Source of the DNA: Nitrospira japonica
GTDB lineage: Bacteria; Nitrospirota; Thermodesulfovibrionia; Thermodesulfovibrionales; SM23-35
NCBI GenBank assembly: GCA_020725385.1
Contig: DYFC01000010.1
Span: forward strand, 33,785 to 97,784
Direction of reading: 5' to 3'
DNA length: 64,000 nt
In this document: positions 59,530-64,000 of the stretch, piece by piece
Position numbering within the stretch: position 1 is the first letter of the stretch
Layout: the number at the start of each line of letters is the position of its first letter
Position numbers and translations under genes: made by a program
The notes under the pieces: model-generated
The model's input: the letters and a program-made list of their open reading frames with translations, nothing else
Told to the model about the DNA's origin: nothing
Database searches by the model: none

Positions 59530-60328
59530 TTAATCCCAGTTCCCTCGCTGCTTCATCAATAATAGATGCTTCAATATTTTTGAATTCTCTACCCATACCC
59601 TCAAGAAGTGCAGTTGTCGCAATACTATTGATAAGACGCGGAATTCCTCCGGAGAAACGATAAAGTCTTTTAATAGCCTCATCTGTAAACAATGGCTCAT
59701 CCAACCCGGAAACACGCAGTCTGTGTTCAATATAACCTTTTATTTCCTGCTCATTCAAAGGGCCAAGATGATAAAACAATCCTATTCTCTGACGTAAAGG
59801 AAGATAAACTTTATGATTTAGTCTTTTTCTCAAGTCAGTCTGTCCGACAAGAATCAGACTGAGAAGATTTGTATAATCAAGCTGAAAATTGGTAAGCAAA
59901 CGAATTTCCTCAAATGTCTCTTTTCTCGGTATTAATTGAGCTTCATCAATTATAATAACAGGAGTTATTCCTGCTTCATAATCTTTATAAACTTTTTCAT
60001 ATATAGCATCAAGAAGATTATCTTTGTAATTGTTTGGCACATCTATATCGAATCTTTTTGCAATTGTTCTTAAAAATTGTGATGGTGATAATCTCGGATT
60101 TATAATAACAATCACCCTATATTTTTCACCGAGTGAATCCATTAGATACCTTGTAAGTGTTGTTTTTCCACTTCCAACTTCTCCCGTAAGTAATACCAGT
60201 TCTTTTTCTTCAACAGCATAGTGCAATCTTGCAAGAGCTTCTTCATGACTCTTACTGAGGTATAAAAATCTTGGATCAGGTGTCTTGGAGAAAGGCTTCT
60301 GTTTCAGACCATAAAATTCCTCAAACAT
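59510..60328 (-). CDS. ExeA-family AAA ATPase
   Basis: PFSKTPDPRFLY, GEVGSGKT, IDEAQ, LRQRI, SGGIPRLIN. Confidence 0.9.
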   Translation of the reverse strand: MFEEFYGLKQKPFSKTPDPRFLYLSKSHEEALARLHYAVEEKELVLLTGEVGSGKTTLTRYLMDSLGEKYRVIVIINPRLSPSQFLRTIAKRFDIDVPNNYKDNLLDAIYEKVYKDYEAGITPVIIIDEAQLIPRKETFEEIRLLTNFQLDYTNLLSLILVGQTDLRKRLNHKVYLPLRQRIGLFYHLGPLNEQEIKGYIEHRLRVSGLDEPLFTDEAIKRLYRFSGGIPRLINSIATTALLEGMGREFKNIEASIIDEAARELGLNGYREN

Positions 60329-62285
60329 GCGTTACCCCCTCATATCTCAGGAGTGCTCTTTCGATTATTGATTCAACATCAAGAACGAGAATTACCTCAT
60401 GTCTTCCTATTTCTGCTGCTCCTGCAAAACCAAATAATCCTTTTAAATAGTCACCAAGTGATTTAATAACTATTTCCTGCTGGCCTATAATCTGGTCAAC
60501 AAGTATCCCGAGTTTTCTTCTTCCGAAACCAACAACAACAGCAAAAAGCATTTCTTCATCCGTAGTCTCTATATTAAAAACATTTCCCAAATTCTTTACA
60601 GGAAGCATTTCACCTCTAAGATAAAAAACTTCCCGCCATTCAACAGTCTGAAGATCATTTTTTTCAAGTGCGATAGTTTCCGAGATTGCTGTTAGAGGTA
60701 TCGCAAATCTCATGTCTCCTACCCTAACAACTAAGGCTTTGATAATTGCCAGGGTAATTGGAAGAGTAAGGGTAAAGGTGGTTCCTTCGTCCTTCTTTGT
60801 ATAAATTTCTGTAAATCCACCTAATGCAGCTAATTTCTCTTTAACTACATCCATACCAACTCCTCTACCTGAAATCTCGCTTATCACATCTTTTGTGCTA
60901 AACCCGGGAGCAAATATGAAATTAATCAATTCTCTTTCATCTATTTTTGTACTGGTATCCAGGAGACCTTTTTCAATAGCTTTTGCTCTTACTTTATCGA
61001 GATCTATTCCCCTGCCATCATCAATAACTTCAATAACCACATAATTACCTTTTTGGTAAGCTTTAAGGGCTATCTTGCCATGCTCTGCTTTTCCTTTTCT
61101 TATTCTTTCTTCCGGCAGTTCTATTCCGTGATCAATAGAATTTCTTACAAGATGCATCAATGGGTCGACTATTTCTTCGGCTAATGACTTATCAAGTTCT
61201 GTATCTTCACCATACATGACAAGATCTATTTCTTTACCAATCTCTCTTGAAAAACGTCTTATGACTTGTGCAAGGCGTGAAAATAATTGTCCGACCGGAA
61301 CCATTCTTATCTCGAGAACTTCATCCTGGAGTTCTGCAAGCCTTCTCTCAAGCGTCTGGGAAATCTTATATACATCCCTCACAAATGGAGTATGACTGTA
61401 CATTTCCGAAAGTTCTATACCGATTCTCTTAACTGCATCTTTTGCAAGTGTCAACTCACCGATGGTGTTGAGTATTCTATCAAGTTTGTCAATATCCACC
61501 CGTACAGTTGTAGTTGTGCTTTTAAGGGATTGTTCCTGTTTTTTTGAGCTTGCAGGATGAGAGTTTTTTTTCAGTTGCACAAGGGTTTCAATTTCTCCTT
61601 CTATATCTGCCTTGATTTCATCAAGAGGATTTGTGCTTGCAAACATAAGATTGAAGCCGATAGAGCCATCAGGAACATTTTCTGAAACCGGAAGGGTGGA
61701 AATAAGTTCTCCCTGTTTTTTAATTTTTTTTGTAATCTCCTCAAGAGATGTATCAAAAGTCGAGAGATCAAAAATTACCTTCAGGAGATAAATTCCATTT
61801 CCATTTAATATATTAGTCTTGAGTCTATGCTCTTCATATTCCGAAAGAACCTTGAGAATTGAATCACTGATGAGTCCCTTAAGATCAGGACCTTCTGTGT
61901 TTTCTTTAAGAGAAGCCCTGAAAGATTTAATTTCTTCAATCTGTGAATTCAGGTCCGGTTCTTTATCTTCACGAATTGCATCTATCGCTGTTTTTAATAC
62001 ATCAAGGTTTTTGAATAAGAAATGAACAAATTCTTCATTTATATTTACTTTGCCAAGTCTGACATCATCAAGCAAAGTCTCAAGGCCATGACTTAAATCA
62101 GTAATTCCTTTACTTCCGAATAAGCCGGAGAGTCCTTTCAAGGTATGCATTGCCCTGAAAAGGGCGTTTATTGTATCTGGGTTTAATGCTGTCTGATAGG
62201 TGTCCTGAATTTCAAGAACAAATTGTTGACATTCAAAAAGGAGATCTTCGGACTCAGCGATAAATTCCTTTTTAGATGCCTTCAT
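60321..62285 (-). CDS. cheA: Chemotaxis histidine kinase CheA
   Basis: HTLKG Hpt, HLVRNSIDHGIE, DDGRG, GFST, SGRGVGMD, CheW domain. Confidence 0.97.
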   Translation of the reverse strand: MKASKKEFIAESEDLLFECQQFVLEIQDTYQTALNPDTINALFRAMHTLKGLSGLFGSKGITDLSHGLETLLDDVRLGKVNINEEFVHFLFKNLDVLKTAIDAIREDKEPDLNSQIEEIKSFRASLKENTEGPDLKGLISDSILKVLSEYEEHRLKTNILNGNGIYLLKVIFDLSTFDTSLEEITKKIKKQGELISTLPVSENVPDGSIGFNLMFASTNPLDEIKADIEGEIETLVQLKKNSHPASSKKQEQSLKSTTTTVRVDIDKLDRILNTIGELTLAKDAVKRIGIELSEMYSHTPFVRDVYKISQTLERRLAELQDEVLEIRMVPVGQLFSRLAQVIRRFSREIGKEIDLVMYGEDTELDKSLAEEIVDPLMHLVRNSIDHGIELPEERIRKGKAEHGKIALKAYQKGNYVVIEVIDDGRGIDLDKVRAKAIEKGLLDTSTKIDERELINFIFAPGFSTKDVISEISGRGVGMDVVKEKLAALGGFTEIYTKKDEGTTFTLTLPITLAIIKALVVRVGDMRFAIPLTAISETIALEKNDLQTVEWREVFYLRGEMLPVKNLGNVFNIETTDEEMLFAVVVGFGRRKLGILVDQIIGQQEIVIKSLGDYLKGLFGFAGAAEIGRHEVILVLDVESIIERALLRYEGVTHV

Positions 62286-62289
62286 TTTG

Positions 62290-62667
62290 TTAAATTATTA
62301 CCTGTTTTATAACTTCTTGTAGTTCCTGAGCTTTAAACGGTTTCGTTATATAAGCCGTTGCACCCAAAGCCATACCTCTTTTTTTATCTTCTTCACTTCT
62401 TTCGGTACTCACTATTATTAAAGGTATATGATTATATCTTGGATTGTTTTTTACGAAACTTATAAGTTCGAGACCATTTATGTCTGGCATATTAATATCT
62501 GTAATAATCAGATTGAAATTTAACGATGGTAAAAGTTTTAGAGCCTCAAAACCGGAACCCGCTTCTACAATATTAAAATCATCCATTTCTTCTACCACAG
62601 CTCTTATGAGCGCCCTTGTTGTGGCAGAATCTTCCACAATTAGTATATTCTTATTTTCCTGTTCCAT
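62290..62667 (-). CDS. CheY-like single-domain response regulator
   Basis: IVEDS, DINMP, STE, KPF. Confidence 0.92.
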   Translation of the reverse strand: MEQENKNILIVEDSATTRALIRAVVEEMDDFNIVEAGSGFEALKLLPSLNFNLIITDINMPDINGLELISFVKNNPRYNHIPLIIVSTERSEEDKKRGMALGATAYITKPFKAQELQEVIKQVII

Positions 62668-62726
62668 AACTTACAAAATTTATTATTAAATTCTACCAGA
62701 TTATTCTCAAAAAAAACATTCCGATG

Positions 62727-63845
62727 CTAATTTTTTTTCTCCATTTCTTGAAGTCTTCTTTGGAGAAGAGACTTCTCAAGAGCAAGCCCCGCCTGCTCTA
62801 TAAATATTTCAAGACCTTCGGTTTCCCGGATTTTGTCACCGGTCGTTAAATTATCACATAAAAGGAGTGCAACAACTTTTCCTTCGGCAATTACAGGGAA
62901 AATGGCAACTTCATCAGGATGCCCCTGCCCGATCTCTCTTATTAATAAATCGGTGACTAAATCTTTAGTTAGCCCACCTTTATAAGGTCTTTTCTCATCT
63001 ACAATTTTCTTTAAAAAAGGACTTTCATTATAATCAAGTTTTATCTCCCGGATCTTTTCATCAGCCATTTCTATATCAAGTCCAAACTGTCCCAGTCCTA
63101 CAATTTCCTTATCTCCAACCATAAACAAAACTCCCCTCTGAAAAATATCACTGGCAAAACGTAAAATTAACAAAGTGATCTCAGATGCAGAATTCGGGAA
63201 TCTGAGTTCCTGCGTTAATGCTCTTAATGAGATAATATCCTGTCTTTCCGGAACAGACTCCATGCCCCAATCCTCTTCCCATGCTTTTTCTTCACCAGCA
63301 GTTATATCATGTTCTTCCGAAGAAACAGAAATTGTTTGGGTAGATTCATCATGCACCCTCGCTCCTTCCATAAGAAGATATTCGGGGCTCATACCCTTTG
63401 ATAGTTCCCAGCCTGTTTCGGTTATTTCGGTTTTTTTATACGGATCAACATCATCAAGCTCAAACTGGAAATCTCCTTCCTGCCATAAAAGCAACTGATA
63501 AATAACTCTTTCAATCCTTTTTCTTGTTATTTTTTCGAGAACTTCTTTATTAACAGAACCGAAATCAAGAAAAATTTCTGCTAAAGATTTTTCAGGAAGT
63601 TTTTTCTTAACTTCTAATGCAAGATTATAAATAGTATCCTTAACAAAACCCGCTTTGATAAGATCTTCGCCAAAATCAGTCTCGATGTCATTCGTTTCAG
63701 CCCTCACAACAAGACCATTCTTAAAAATGACAAATGCGCTACCCCTGCCCCCTTTCAGAACCAGAGTACCGGTTTTTTTACCTATACTGAGAATCTGAAA
63801 AATATCCGAAAGACCAAGGTCTTCAAGCCTTCCTACAAGACTCAT
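62727..63845 (-). CDS. DUF4388 (PATAN-like) + GAF-like protein
   Basis: MSLVGRLEDLGLSDIFQIL...KTGTL, WQEGDFQF, LLMEGARVHDE. Confidence 0.8.
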   Translation of the reverse strand: MSLVGRLEDLGLSDIFQILSIGKKTGTLVLKGGRGSAFVIFKNGLVVRAETNDIETDFGEDLIKAGFVKDTIYNLALEVKKKLPEKSLAEIFLDFGSVNKEVLEKITRKRIERVIYQLLLWQEGDFQFELDDVDPYKKTEITETGWELSKGMSPEYLLMEGARVHDESTQTISVSSEEHDITAGEEKAWEEDWGMESVPERQDIISLRALTQELRFPNSASEITLLILRFASDIFQRGVLFMVGDKEIVGLGQFGLDIEMADEKIREIKLDYNESPFLKKIVDEKRPYKGGLTKDLVTDLLIREIGQGHPDEVAIFPVIAEGKVVALLLCDNLTTGDKIRETEGLEIFIEQAGLALEKSLLQRRLQEMEKKN

Positions 63846-64000
63846 CTAAATTAATCCCCTTAATATTAATAAATGCAGTATATCAACTAAAAGAATCATG
63901 TGTCAACGAACCGAATTGCCTCATCAAAAATCTAACTGAAACTGATTCATTGCCTCATTTAAAAATCTAAATGAAATAGAAAGACATTACAAGGATTAAA

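Overview
A low-GC bacterial chromosome segment. Gene content and order (fab-rnc, nrdR-glyA-rpiB, metG-ricT-holB-tmk, lptCAB-rpoN-hpf-rapZ, a HEAT/ExeA-type chemosensory cluster) suggest an anaerobic diderm such as a Thermodesulfovibrionia-like Nitrospirota; this is inference. Most of the window is housekeeping. Three regions stand out. (1) At 31.6-34.3 kb, a radical SAM/SPASM maturase lies directly upstream of a twin-Arg protein with 15 consecutive Cys-X2/3-Asp motifs, a second internal RREF leader and a C-terminal IPTL-CTERM anchor. This is a candidate surface-displayed, thioether-stapled 'ranthi-protein' system. (2) At 34.3-39.7 kb, an accessory array of toxin-antitoxin and RAYT cassettes is punctuated by four diverged copies of the 3' end of one gene, probably a restriction-modification gene. 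(3) At 6.8-8.1 kb, an uncalled dual-CXXC small selenoprotein (in-frame UGA plus SECIS-like hairpin) sits just upstream of an octaheme cytochrome c. Also present: a ~136-bp MITE/REP-like family (4 copies), tRNA-Val(GAC), a copper efflux operon and a probable Re-citrate synthase-isocitrate dehydrogenase pair. Family assignments come from motif recognition by eye; no searches were run.
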